Positions 8,498 through 17,626 of a DNA stretch of 64,000 nucleotides are shown here, piece after piece. How positions within the stretch are numbered: the first letter of the stretch is position 1; each line of letters opens with the position of its first letter. This DNA is from an uncultured Aminicenantes bacterium (lineage in GTDB: Bacteria; Acidobacteriota; Aminicenantia; UBA2199): the NCBI GenBank assembly GCA_965195285.1, contig CBDAFS010000059.1, positions 1 through 64,000 on the forward strand, in the 5' to 3' direction. The position numbers and the translations under genes were made by a program. The notes under the pieces were generated by a model, which was not told the DNA's origin, searched no databases, and saw only the letters and a program-made list of their open reading frames with translations.

Positions 8498-10045
8498 TCA
8501 ATACAGGGCTTCTCGCTGTTCTTCCTCGGCACTGTTTAAAATTCCCGGGGCATCGGAACGGGGGCAGACATGCTCGCAGATTCCGCAGCCGATACACAAG
8601 TCAGGAACGACATAAATCTGTTTGACTTTTACCTGTTTTCCCCGGAAGTCCCATAGGTCAACCTCCCTGAAGCGGATAGCCTTTTCCGGTATGGGGCAGT
8701 GTTCCTCGCAAACCGCACAATTATAACCGTCGGCATAGGTATAACAGCGGTTTTTGTCGATAACAGCGGTTCCGATTTTAAATGCTTTTTTTTCATTCAA
8801 AGTTAGCCTGGAGATGGCCTTGGTGGGACATACCTGGGTACATTTGTGGCATTCATATTCGCAGTATCCGGTCTGGGCATTTAAGATGGGTGTCCAGATC
8901 CCATCAAAGCCGGTCTTCAAGAGGGAAGGCTGGATGAAATTGGTGGGGCATGCCTGAATGCATTCGCCGCAGCGTATGCATTTCTGTAAAAATTCTACTT
9001 CCGAAACCGATCCGGGTGGCCGGGTAAAGCCATGGATCTTGATTCCCGATGCCGGTGCAATTCGGGGAAGTGCAGCCACAAAGACCCCGGAAAGGGCAGA
9101 GCCGATGACCTGTCTCCGTCCCAGGTTGATAGGGGTTCGGTTCTCCCTGACGGGGGGATCATATTTTACCCTGATCTCATCATGGGCACAATCGGTTATG
9201 CAATTCATACAGACCAGGCATTCGGATTTCAGGTAATCCTGATAAGGGCTTCCGTTGTAGGTGCAATTCCTGGCACACACATTACAGGCCTTGCAGGTTT
9301 CCCCGGTTTTGAGATGTAACAGGCTAAATTTGGCCACCAGGCCGTAAAGGGCTCCCAGAGGACATAGGTAATTGCAGAAGAATCGCCTTTTGTACAGATT
9401 CAAGAAGATGATAACGAAAAATATGATTCCGATGATGACCGATTGAACATAGACCCGCTGGCGATTGGTCAAAATGTTTTTCCTGGAAAAATCATAAAAC
9501 GGCTTCAGGCCTTTTGAGATGAGGCCCGAATCCCGGGCTCCGGCTTTCAGAGACAGTTCAATGGAATAATTGGTGGCAGGGGCAATGACTGTGGTAAAAC
9601 TTCGGGTAAGCAGGGAGAACGGATCCAACCAGCCTCCGATATGGGTGCCCATCAGGGCCAGGACAACCACCATGATGAGAATGATGTATTTCAACTTCAA
9701 TAATTTTTTATCGACCTTTTTTTCCCGGTTGGATTTTCTGAATATCCGGGTAAAAAATTGTTGAATGGCCCCCATGGGGCAAATCCAGCCGCAAAAGAAC
9801 CTGCCGAAAACAAAGGTTAAAAATAGTGGAATCAAAGCCAGCAGGAAGATGAGGGTGATCTGGTGGGTAGCTATCACATTCAATATCAGGATCAGTGGGT
9901 CAAAATAAAAAAAGTAATCGCTGAACTGAAAAGACTGGTTGGCGGTTTGGCCGGTTTTGATGAGCAAGTAGAAAAAAAGAAAAGTGAACAGGATCTGAGA
10001 CCCAATTCTGATTCTCTGCCAAATTTTACCTTGTTTTTGGGTCAT
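8498..10045 (-). CDS. Polyferredoxin membrane protein (NapH/MauN-like fused to NapG/MauM-like 4Fe-4S domain)
   Basis: GRFFCGWICPMG, FFCNYLCPLG, RPPG, CIRCGECIQACP, CIGCGICEHVCP. Confidence 0.9.
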   Translation of the reverse strand: MTQKQGKIWQRIRIGSQILFTFLFFYLLIKTGQTANQSFQFSDYFFYFDPLILILNVIATHQITLIFLLALIPLFLTFVFGRFFCGWICPMGAIQQFFTRIFRKSNREKKVDKKLLKLKYIILIMVVVLALMGTHIGGWLDPFSLLTRSFTTVIAPATNYSIELSLKAGARDSGLISKGLKPFYDFSRKNILTNRQRVYVQSVIIGIIFFVIIFLNLYKRRFFCNYLCPLGALYGLVAKFSLLHLKTGETCKACNVCARNCTYNGSPYQDYLKSECLVCMNCITDCAHDEIRVKYDPPVRENRTPINLGRRQVIGSALSGVFVAALPRIAPASGIKIHGFTRPPGSVSEVEFLQKCIRCGECIQACPTNFIQPSLLKTGFDGIWTPILNAQTGYCEYECHKCTQVCPTKAISRLTLNEKKAFKIGTAVIDKNRCYTYADGYNCAVCEEHCPIPEKAIRFREVDLWDFRGKQVKVKQIYVVPDLCIGCGICEHVCPRSDAPGILNSAEEEQREALY

Positions 10046-10049
10046 GGCT

Positions 10050-10940
10050 TCAGACGGAAAAGTTCTTTATTTTTATTTTGGAGATGTCCAGTTGACCTAT
10101 TTTTCTTTTGTCCCCCTCCTGGAGAAATGAATATTGCCGGGGATCGGATCCGAAGACACTGGTTGCCACCACATCCGCTTCCATAATATTGGGGGAGGCA
10201 ATAACGGTCTTTTTCAATTCGACATCGCTTAAACGGCCGCCTACCGGCCCGTTCCGTTTCATGACACGGAAGGCATCGACAATGGTGAGATGGGTTTTGA
10301 ATCCCTGAGCCAGATCGGCAATGCTGGCACCCATATTGCGATGGAGTTTGCCCCGGCGTCCCCCCAGTATCCCATATAGGTTTTTCATGCCAATGGTCAG
10401 TCCGGCACTGCCATGATGTTTTAGGATGGGAACATTGATAAATTTGTCCACTTCCAGAAAATCTTTATAAACCGGCCAGCGGGTTACCTGATCTCCTTTG
10501 AAATTGTATATGACCAGCCGGTTTTCATCTGCAAACCGAACCTCGGCTCCGGTTTCCTTGCCCAGGGCCTCGATCCCGCTCCTGCGGTAGGTATCGGCTG
10601 CCTTATGGCAGGGATGATCCATGATGATAACTTTCCTGGCTCCGGCATTGAATACCTCTTCCACAATGGCTTTGACCACTTCAGGGTTGGTACAGGCCCC
10701 CTGTTCTACGGTTCGGTTCCAGCCAATATTGGGCTTGACCATCACGATGTCCTGTTTGGATACAAATTTTTCCATACCGCCCATTCCCTCGATGGCTTTT
10801 TTTGTTATCCGATAAGGGGAATCTCCCTGGATTTTTATAACCGGGGGTGAATTGGAATTGTTGGCCATGGCTCGATCGAATGGAAAGTATAATGAGGAGG
10901 AAACGGCTATGGTCTTGAACATAAAATTCCTTCGCTTCAT
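10050..10940 (-). CDS. DUF362 protein with Tat-like signal
   Basis: VMVKPNIGW, TNPEVV, NVPILKHH, TIGMKNLYG; N-terminus MKRRNF. Confidence 0.88.
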   Translation of the reverse strand: MKRRNFMFKTIAVSSSLYFPFDRAMANNSNSPPVIKIQGDSPYRITKKAIEGMGGMEKFVSKQDIVMVKPNIGWNRTVEQGACTNPEVVKAIVEEVFNAGARKVIIMDHPCHKAADTYRRSGIEALGKETGAEVRFADENRLVIYNFKGDQVTRWPVYKDFLEVDKFINVPILKHHGSAGLTIGMKNLYGILGGRRGKLHRNMGASIADLAQGFKTHLTIVDAFRVMKRNGPVGGRLSDVELKKTVIASPNIMEADVVATSVFGSDPRQYSFLQEGDKRKIGQLDISKIKIKNFSV

Positions 10941-11071
10941 ATCGGTCTCCTTCTTAGTTGATTTCTAAAAAATAAATCATACCAAATTATACCTCCCACT
11001 ACAAATTTTGGCAATAATAGTGGTATTGACTTTAGGGCTAAAATAGTGTATCTATTGAGTTTGAGGTTGTT

Positions 11072-11144
11072 GGGCGGTTAGCTCAGCTGGTAGAGCATCG
11101 GTTTTACACGCCGGTGGCCAGAGGTTCAAGTCCTCTACCGCCCA
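11072..11144 (+). tRNA. tRNA-Val(TAC)
   Basis: GGGCGGT/ACCGCCC acceptor stem, loop TTTACAC, TTCAAGT T-loop; no CCA. Confidence 0.95.
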
Positions 11145-11161
11145 TGTCTGGCAACTGGAAT

Positions 11162-11239
11162 GGGGTCGTAGTTCAGTTTGGTTAGAACGCAGGCCTGTCA
11201 CGCCTGAGGTCGCGAGTTCGAGTCTCGTCGGCCCCGCCA
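11162..11239 (+). tRNA. tRNA-Asp(GTC)
   Basis: GGGGTCG/CGGCCCC stem, CAGGC-CTGTCAC-GCCTG arm; CCA encoded. Confidence 0.96.
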
Positions 11240-11257
11240 TTTTTTAACCTGCGGTAC

Positions 11258-11599
11258 GGGGGTGAAAAGGGTTCGACAGTTTTGACGGATTTAAAGTTGC
11301 AGGTTGAGCTGAGCAGCTCAAAAAAAGGCTCAACAAAGAAACGCAAACGATTTTGCACTTGCAGCATAATTGATATGTTGCCGTTCTGATTTTCCGTTCC
11401 TGCCGGGAATTCAGAGCGTCGCCATGCAGGATAGTTCCGGGGGAATCCGGCTTATGTTTCTCCGGGGCAAAACTTTCATGAGCCCTTTTTCAGGTGCTTT
11501 TGTTTGTTTTTTGCCTGAAAAAGTAATGAAAACAAACTAAGCTTGTAGATACTTTAATGGAGTCATTATTGGACGCGGGTTCGATTCCCGCCACCTCCA
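11258..11599 (+). ncRNA. ssrA: tmRNA; tag peptide (A)ANDFALAA* at 11343-11369
   Basis: 5' GGGGGTG...GGTTCGAC; 3' GGACGCGGGTTCGATTCCCGCCACCTCCA tRNA-Ala-like end with G3:U pair; internal GCA AAC GAT TTT GCA CTT GCA GCA TAA. Confidence 0.95.
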
Positions 11600-11628
11600 T
11601 ATGCCGGTAATATAACCAATTGATTTTT

Positions 11629-12801
11629 ATGAAAAACATAAAACTGCTGCTCTTTGGCCTATTGCTAATCAGCTGGCAACTGTTTCCGTTGTCGATTCAA
11701 ATTCGTTCATTCGATCACGATGGATTTACCCGAATCGTCTTTGAAGGAGATGAAAGTTTTCAGTTCAAAATCAGGTCTTCAGATTCAAAATTCAGGCTGG
11801 AAATAGACAAGAAAGTCCGGGTGGAGAAAGAAGTTATTCAGATCAACAATTCCGATTTACTGGATAAAGTAGTCTGTTTGGAGGAGAACCGTAAAAGTGT
11901 TTTTTCGGTTTTTGGCAAGGGTGGATTTGAGATTAAAAGGCATTTTGTTATGGAAAGACCTTTTCGGGTAGTTTTTGACGTGGTCAAATCCGGCCCGGCC
12001 CCCGGGGATCAAAAACATCTGAAAATCTCCAATGCAGAAAAATCAGCGGATCTATTTGAGAAGAACCAGGAATCGGAGAATGAATTCAAAACCGGAAAGC
12101 AGGGGCAGAAAAAGTTGATCGAGACCATCTGTATTGATCCCGGTCATGGCGGAAGTGATTTCGGAGCCATGGGGAAATCCAACCTGAAGGAAAAGGATAT
12201 CACCCTGAAACTGGGAAAGAAACTCAAGCAAATTATCGAATCGAAACTGGGTATCCGTGTGATTCTGACCCGGAAAATCGATTCCGAAGTGTCTTTGAAT
12301 TCCAGGGTATCCATTGCCAACAACCAGAAAGCAGATATGTTTATCTCTATTCATGTGAATTCTTCGTTCCGGAAAGCGGCCCGTGGACCGGAGACTTTCT
12401 ATGTCAGCCTGAAAGCCACTGACCAGGAATCCTTTGATCTGGCCAGAAAGGAAAATAAATCATTTAATGAAATCGAGCAGAAAGCCGAAAGTGATGACCT
12501 GAAGATGATTCTATGGAATATGGCCCAGACCGAATTTATCCGCGAATCCAGTAAACTGGCGGATTTTATCCAGAGTGAGCTGAATGTACTGATGAATACC
12601 ATAAACCGGGGGGTCAAGCAGGCCCCGTTTCGGGTATTGATGCGGGCGGCCATGCCAGCTGTTTTAATAGAAGTTGCCTTTATTTCCAATGCTTATGAAG
12701 AAAAGAAACTTACGAATGATTCCTTCCTGGATCGGGTTGCCCAATCCATTTACAGTGGTATCTCCAAATTCATTTATTATCACAACACCATGAATAGATG
12801 A
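11629..12801 (+). CDS. amiC: N-acetylmuramoyl-L-alanine amidase (AMIN-like + Amidase_3)
   Basis: IDPGHGG, EKDITL, FISIHVN, PAVLIEVAFISN; RVVFD AMIN-like motif; signal peptide. Confidence 0.9.
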   Translation: MKNIKLLLFGLLLISWQLFPLSIQIRSFDHDGFTRIVFEGDESFQFKIRSSDSKFRLEIDKKVRVEKEVIQINNSDLLDKVVCLEENRKSVFSVFGKGGFEIKRHFVMERPFRVVFDVVKSGPAPGDQKHLKISNAEKSADLFEKNQESENEFKTGKQGQKKLIETICIDPGHGGSDFGAMGKSNLKEKDITLKLGKKLKQIIESKLGIRVILTRKIDSEVSLNSRVSIANNQKADMFISIHVNSSFRKAARGPETFYVSLKATDQESFDLARKENKSFNEIEQKAESDDLKMILWNMAQTEFIRESSKLADFIQSELNVLMNTINRGVKQAPFRVLMRAAMPAVLIEVAFISNAYEEKKLTNDSFLDRVAQSIYSGISKFIYYHNTMNR

Positions 12802-13376
12802 ACAAGAAATTGATTTACTCGCTGGTGGCCATTGCCTTTGTTTTTTTCATTACCTCGCTGATCATATTTCTGAAATCAAAAAGTTCTGTGGAACCGAAAG
12901 CGGAAAACCTTTCTAAATCAGTTGTCCAGACCGAAGCTGAACCGCCTCAGTTATTGAAGGTAAAAATTTTTTATTTTACCGACAAATCACGCTATATGAA
13001 ACCGGTGAATTATGAACTCGAGAATTCCCCGATAAAGATTGAGCTGTACAAACGATTTATTGATCTGATCATTCAGGGAAAAGAGGACTTCATTACTCCA
13101 TTACCCCAGGGGTTGAGACTGAGAACCCTCTACTACATTGGAAGCAAAAAATTACTGGTTCTGGATTTTAATGAAAACCTGGTTACCCGGTTTCCCGCCG
13201 GTAGTTCCTCGGAACTGGAATTTATTTATTTTATTGTGGACAACATCTGTTTCAATTTCGAAGAGGTTAAAATGGTAAAATTTTTGGTTTCGGGCAATGA
13301 GTACAATACCATTTCCGGACACATTGATATTGAAAATCCATTCTATCCTGATTATCGATATTTAAGAATAAACTAA
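12798..13376 (+). CDS. GerMN-domain membrane protein
   Basis: N-terminal TM; LVLDF, GSSSELEFIY, VKFLVSG...TISGHID; lies between amidase and murI. Confidence 0.8.
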   Translation: MNKKLIYSLVAIAFVFFITSLIIFLKSKSSVEPKAENLSKSVVQTEAEPPQLLKVKIFYFTDKSRYMKPVNYELENSPIKIELYKRFIDLIIQGKEDFITPLPQGLRLRTLYYIGSKKLLVLDFNENLVTRFPAGSSSELEFIYFIVDNICFNFEEVKMVKFLVSGNEYNTISGHIDIENPFYPDYRYLRIN

Positions 13377-13387
13377 CCGTTTGCAGC

Positions 13388-14182
13388 ATGAACCAGAAAG
13401 CCATTGGAGTATTTGATTCCGGAATCGGTGGCTTAACCGTTTATCAGGCATTGAAGGATAAAATGCCGGATGAAAAGGTGGTTTACCTGGGTGATACGGC
13501 CAGGCTTCCCTATGGAACCAAGTCTGCTGAAACCATTATCCGTTATTCAGAGGAGAATGCCGCATTTTTGATGGGGAAAAAGGTTAAAATCATTGTGATT
13601 GCCTGCAATTCTTCATCATCATATGCCCTGCCTCGCCTTCAGAACAAACTGGATATCCCGGTAATCGGGGTCATTAATCCCGGAGCCGAAGCTGCAGTGA
13701 AGGGAGACGCACAAAAAATAGGAATTATCGGGACCACCGCCACTATCAATTCCAGGGCTTATGAAAAAACGATTACTCGTTTGAAGCCCGGTCTGAAAAT
13801 TGTGTCCAGAGATTGTCCGCTTTTTGTTCCCCTGGTTGAAGAGGGATGGCTCGACCATCCGGTGACCAGGATGGTGATCGGCGAGTATTTATTGCCGTTG
13901 AAAAAACAGGGTATTGAAAAACTGGTTCTGGGGTGCACCCATTATCCGGTTTTAAAAAAGGCCATATCCGAGGTTATCGGTGCCGGGATCAAATTGATTG
14001 ACTCGGCTCAGACCACCACTGAAAATGTATTTTCAATTCTCACCGAACTCGACTGGCTGAGAAATTCCGGGAAACGTTCAGCGGATGAGTTTTATGCCAC
14101 TGATTTTCCGGAACGTTTTCAGAAAATCGGTGAAATATTTCTAAAACGAAAAATCGTAAAAGTCCAGGCCGTTTCTTTTTGA
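13388..14182 (+). CDS. murI: Glutamate racemase
   Basis: FDSGIGGLTV, PYGTKS, IACNS, LGCTHYP. Confidence 0.97.
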   Translation: MNQKAIGVFDSGIGGLTVYQALKDKMPDEKVVYLGDTARLPYGTKSAETIIRYSEENAAFLMGKKVKIIVIACNSSSSYALPRLQNKLDIPVIGVINPGAEAAVKGDAQKIGIIGTTATINSRAYEKTITRLKPGLKIVSRDCPLFVPLVEEGWLDHPVTRMVIGEYLLPLKKQGIEKLVLGCTHYPVLKKAISEVIGAGIKLIDSAQTTTENVFSILTELDWLRNSGKRSADEFYATDFPERFQKIGEIFLKRKIVKVQAVSF

Positions 14183-14312
14183 TTTGGATTTTTGAGATGG
14201 CACTCTTCAGATTTGTCCGGATGTGATTTGTTTTCCAGTTTGAATTATGAGATAATTGACAAATCATTCATGGCAATGAAAAACAAACCCCGGTCATGAG
14301 CAGGATATCTGG

Positions 14313-15803
14313 ATGGAATTTAGTTCACTGATTTTTATTTTCCAGTTTTTGCCCGTTTTTCTGGTCCTGTTTTTCACAGTAAAAAAAGAAGCCCGTTCAC
14401 TCATTCTCATCCTGGCCAGTCTGCTTTTTTATTATTGGGGAGAAGGCGGCTTTGTTCTGTTTCTGCTGGGTTCTATCTTGGTTAATTATCTGCTGGGATT
14501 GTGGATCAACCATACCAGGCGAAAGAGATGGGTCGTGCCGGTGTTTTTGCTGGGGCTGGGTCTAAATATCGGCTGGCTGGGATTTTTTAAATACACCCAT
14601 TTCTTTTTTGACAATCTGAATCCCTTGTTAAAGGGGATCGGACTCCCTACTGTTTCCGTATCACCGATTCACCTGCCCATCGGGATTTCGTTTATTACAT
14701 TTCAGGCGCTCTCCTATATTATCGATGTTTACCGGGAAAGGAGTCCGGTTGAAAATCATTTTTTAAATTTTGCCGTTTATCTGGGAAGTTTTCCCAAACT
14801 GATTATGGGTCCCATTACCCCCTATCATAAAATGCATTCCCAGATCAGGCGGATGGAAATCAATTTTGAAGATTTTGCCATGGGGTCAAAACGGTTTATA
14901 ATCGGTCTGGGAAAAAAGCTACTGATTGCCGATAAACTGGCTCCGGTGGCCAATCAGATTTTTTCCGTCCCGGCTCCCCAGCAGACTGCCGGCCTGGCCT
15001 GGCTGGGTATTATCAGTTTTACCTTGCAAATCTACTTTGATTTTTCCGGCTATTCGGATATGGCCATCGGTATCGGTCGGATGTGTGGTTTTACCCTGGT
15101 GGAGAATTTCAATTTTCCCTATGTGGCCAGATCCATAAAAGATTTCTGGAGGCGGTGGCACATATCCTTGGCCCACTGGTTGCGTGACTATCTGTTTCTT
15201 CCCATTGCATACTCGGTTTCCCGCAGAATCAAGGCCGAAAGATTTCTGGGTATCAAGGCAGAAAACTGGGCCTATTACCTGGGTTCTTTTGTCACCATGA
15301 CCCTGTGCGGGCTCTGGCATGGCGCCAGCTGGACCTTTGTTTTCTGGGGAACTTTTTATGGAATTTTGCTGATCGTGGAACATGCGGGCGGGTCTATGGT
15401 TCTAAAACGCTTATGGTGGCCCTGGCGTATTGTTTATACCCAGTTGATGGTTATGGTTGCCTGGGTTTTTTTCCGGTCGGAGAGTTTGGCCTATGCCCTG
15501 CAGTATCTGAAGGCCATGTTCGGTTTCGGCTCTGGTAACGGGTTGGAGTATTATCCGTCACTGTATCTGGATGCGGAGGTGATCCTTTTCGGATTGATCG
15601 GCCTTCTGATTTCGACGCCACTACCAGGCCGGTTGAAAACACTTCTCCAGACAGCGATTTTGAAAACCATTGGGCCGAGTCGATACTGGATTCTGTCCGC
15701 GGCCCGGTTTCTGGTTACTGTTTTTTTGGTATTCATCTTTATCCTCAGCGTCATGTCCATGGCCAGCGGAACCTATACTCCCTTTATATATTTTCGCTTT
15801 TAA
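14313..15803 (+). CDS. MBOAT O-acyltransferase, AlgI/PatA-like
   Basis: LPIGISFITFQ, YFDFSGYSDMAIG, FWRRWHISL, GLWHGA, C-terminal FIYFRF. Confidence 0.92.
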   Translation: MEFSSLIFIFQFLPVFLVLFFTVKKEARSLILILASLLFYYWGEGGFVLFLLGSILVNYLLGLWINHTRRKRWVVPVFLLGLGLNIGWLGFFKYTHFFFDNLNPLLKGIGLPTVSVSPIHLPIGISFITFQALSYIIDVYRERSPVENHFLNFAVYLGSFPKLIMGPITPYHKMHSQIRRMEINFEDFAMGSKRFIIGLGKKLLIADKLAPVANQIFSVPAPQQTAGLAWLGIISFTLQIYFDFSGYSDMAIGIGRMCGFTLVENFNFPYVARSIKDFWRRWHISLAHWLRDYLFLPIAYSVSRRIKAERFLGIKAENWAYYLGSFVTMTLCGLWHGASWTFVFWGTFYGILLIVEHAGGSMVLKRLWWPWRIVYTQLMVMVAWVFFRSESLAYALQYLKAMFGFGSGNGLEYYPSLYLDAEVILFGLIGLLISTPLPGRLKTLLQTAILKTIGPSRYWILSAARFLVTVFLVFIFILSVMSMASGTYTPFIYFRF

Positions 15804-15818
15804 ATCCGGAATATAAAC

Positions 15819-17564
15819 ATGGCTTCAAACAGGAAAAAAAAGATCAGAACAGTAGTTGAACTGATGCTGATCCTGGTCTTTTTCATCCTGTCCATCCATT
15901 ACATTCAGCGTCACAATTTGAAGGATGATCTGCGCTTGTTGTTTCAGGTCCGGGTTACCGAGCCGGTGATCTTTGAATTAATTATCAATGAGCAATCCCT
16001 GAAATTCAGGATTGATCCGGATTCGGATTTCCAGTATGTGGACTTCAAACTACCCAAGGATGAAATACAAACAGTCAGGCTGGGGCTGGGCAATCGGGCT
16101 GTCAGCGTGGCCATCAAGCAGGTAAAGTTGAAAACCCTGTTCAAAACCTATGGCTGGCAAAACCTATCCCTACCAAAATTGTTTGATTTTAAGCACCGTA
16201 TCCGCAAAGCCTTTACCGATAGGGAGATTTTCATGGTGGAGACAGAGGGTGAGGGTGCTTTTCTGGGTCTGGCCGGATCCTTCCCCGCCATCATCAACAA
16301 GGTGGCTGCCCGGAAACTGACCCGGTATTTGCTGGCCTTCATACTATCCGGATTACTGTTTCTGTTGATCCACTTTTTTGATCCCAAAAATCTGAGAAAA
16401 ATTTTTAATCCCCGGATATATTCTATCCGGGTGCTGGTATTTCTTTTGTTAATTTATTTGCCTTTGCTCAATTCTGTCTTTAATGTGGTAAAACCCATTG
16501 ACATTCAGGAGAGGCGAGCCCTGCATAAAAAACCCCGTTTTCGGCTGGATTCCCTGGCCAGCTTTCCGGATCAATACCAGCGGTATTACAATGATCACTT
16601 TGTCCTGAGAAATTGGTTTGTCCGGCTCAACAACCTGGTGGCGTTCAAACTCTTCAACAAGTCGGCAGTACCCATGGTATTGATCGGCAAGAACGGCTGG
16701 CTGTTCCTGTCCAGGGAAACCGATCGGAGGGACGAAAAAGAGTATTTCCGGGCCATCAGACCCTTTACCAATTCAGAATTGAAACACTGGAATCATATTC
16801 TGGAGCAGCGCCGGTTATGGCTGGAACGGCGGGGCATTCAATACCTGTTTGTCATTGTTCCAAACAAAAGCACTATTTATCCGGAGTTCATGCCCGATAA
16901 CATCCGCCAGGTTCAGGACCGGTCGCGGCAGGACCAGCTGTTGGATTACACCCGGGTTCATTCGAAGGTCAGCCTCTTGGACCTGCGCAGTGTCCTGAAA
17001 AAAGCCAAGGAACAGTACCCGGTATTTCACAAAACCGATTCCCACTGGAATGATTTCGGGGCCTATGTGGCATACACCGAAATCATGAAATATGTAAATA
17101 TTTATCATAAAGATGAAACGCCCATGCCCCTGTCCCGGTTTGAAATCCGGATCAAGAACTGGGTGGGCGGAGACCTGGCCGGTGCCTTGTCTCTTGAAAA
17201 AGAGGTGCTCCGGGAAGACATCCTGAAAATGGTCCCCAAAATACCTTTCCAAGCCCGTACCGTGTTTCGGGAAGATATTTCCCAGTACATCACCAGATCC
17301 GTCTCTGCCAGCCCGACCGGGAAGCTGCCCCTGGCCATGATGGTTCACGACTCATTTATTCATGAACTGAGGCCTTTTCTGGCCGAACATTTTTCCAGGA
17401 TGGTTTTTATCTGGGATTGGGGATTGAACATATATCCCCGGTTCATCAGAGCTGAAAAGCCTTGGATTGTCATTGAAGAGATGAACGAACGGTATTTGCT
17501 GGACAAAGTCCTTTCCAACCCGGAAGCCGTTAATGCTTCCGGCCGTCCTGCTCCGGATTCCTGA
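15819..17564 (+). CDS. AlgJ/AlgX-like O-acetyltransferase with N-terminal membrane extension
   Basis: IGKNGWLF, VPNKSTIYPE, KTDSHWN (DxH), HDSF catalytic Ser, EEMNER. Confidence 0.82.
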   Translation: MASNRKKKIRTVVELMLILVFFILSIHYIQRHNLKDDLRLLFQVRVTEPVIFELIINEQSLKFRIDPDSDFQYVDFKLPKDEIQTVRLGLGNRAVSVAIKQVKLKTLFKTYGWQNLSLPKLFDFKHRIRKAFTDREIFMVETEGEGAFLGLAGSFPAIINKVAARKLTRYLLAFILSGLLFLLIHFFDPKNLRKIFNPRIYSIRVLVFLLLIYLPLLNSVFNVVKPIDIQERRALHKKPRFRLDSLASFPDQYQRYYNDHFVLRNWFVRLNNLVAFKLFNKSAVPMVLIGKNGWLFLSRETDRRDEKEYFRAIRPFTNSELKHWNHILEQRRLWLERRGIQYLFVIVPNKSTIYPEFMPDNIRQVQDRSRQDQLLDYTRVHSKVSLLDLRSVLKKAKEQYPVFHKTDSHWNDFGAYVAYTEIMKYVNIYHKDETPMPLSRFEIRIKNWVGGDLAGALSLEKEVLREDILKMVPKIPFQARTVFREDISQYITRSVSASPTGKLPLAMMVHDSFIHELRPFLAEHFSRMVFIWDWGLNIYPRFIRAEKPWIVIEEMNERYLLDKVLSNPEAVNASGRPAPDS

Positions 17565-17590
17565 TGGAATCAACCATTATTTGGAATCTT

Positions 17591-17620
17591 TTGACAAGGT
17601 GGCCTGGTTTTTGCTAAGAT
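17591..17620 (+). promoter_or_regulatory. Promoter of the sulfatase-like gene (sigma70 motif overlapping a sigma54-like motif)
   Basis: TTGACA-18-TAAGAT; also TGGCCTGGTTTTTGCT at 17600-17615; ATG lies 6 nt after the -10. Confidence 0.6.
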
Positions 17621-17626
17621 GAGCCA

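Noticed and set aside
8323-8532. 69 aa minus-strand ORF between the polyferredoxin and PEGA genes
   Set aside because: Runs through the sigma54 promoter region; no recognisable protein features
11052-11367. Minus-strand ORFs 11052..11240 and 11182..11367
   Set aside because: Antisense shadows of tRNA-Val, tRNA-Asp and tmRNA
11570-11630. Possible integrative element at tmRNA or tRNA 3' ends
   Set aside because: No integrase and no duplicated att fragment seen; flanks are housekeeping genes
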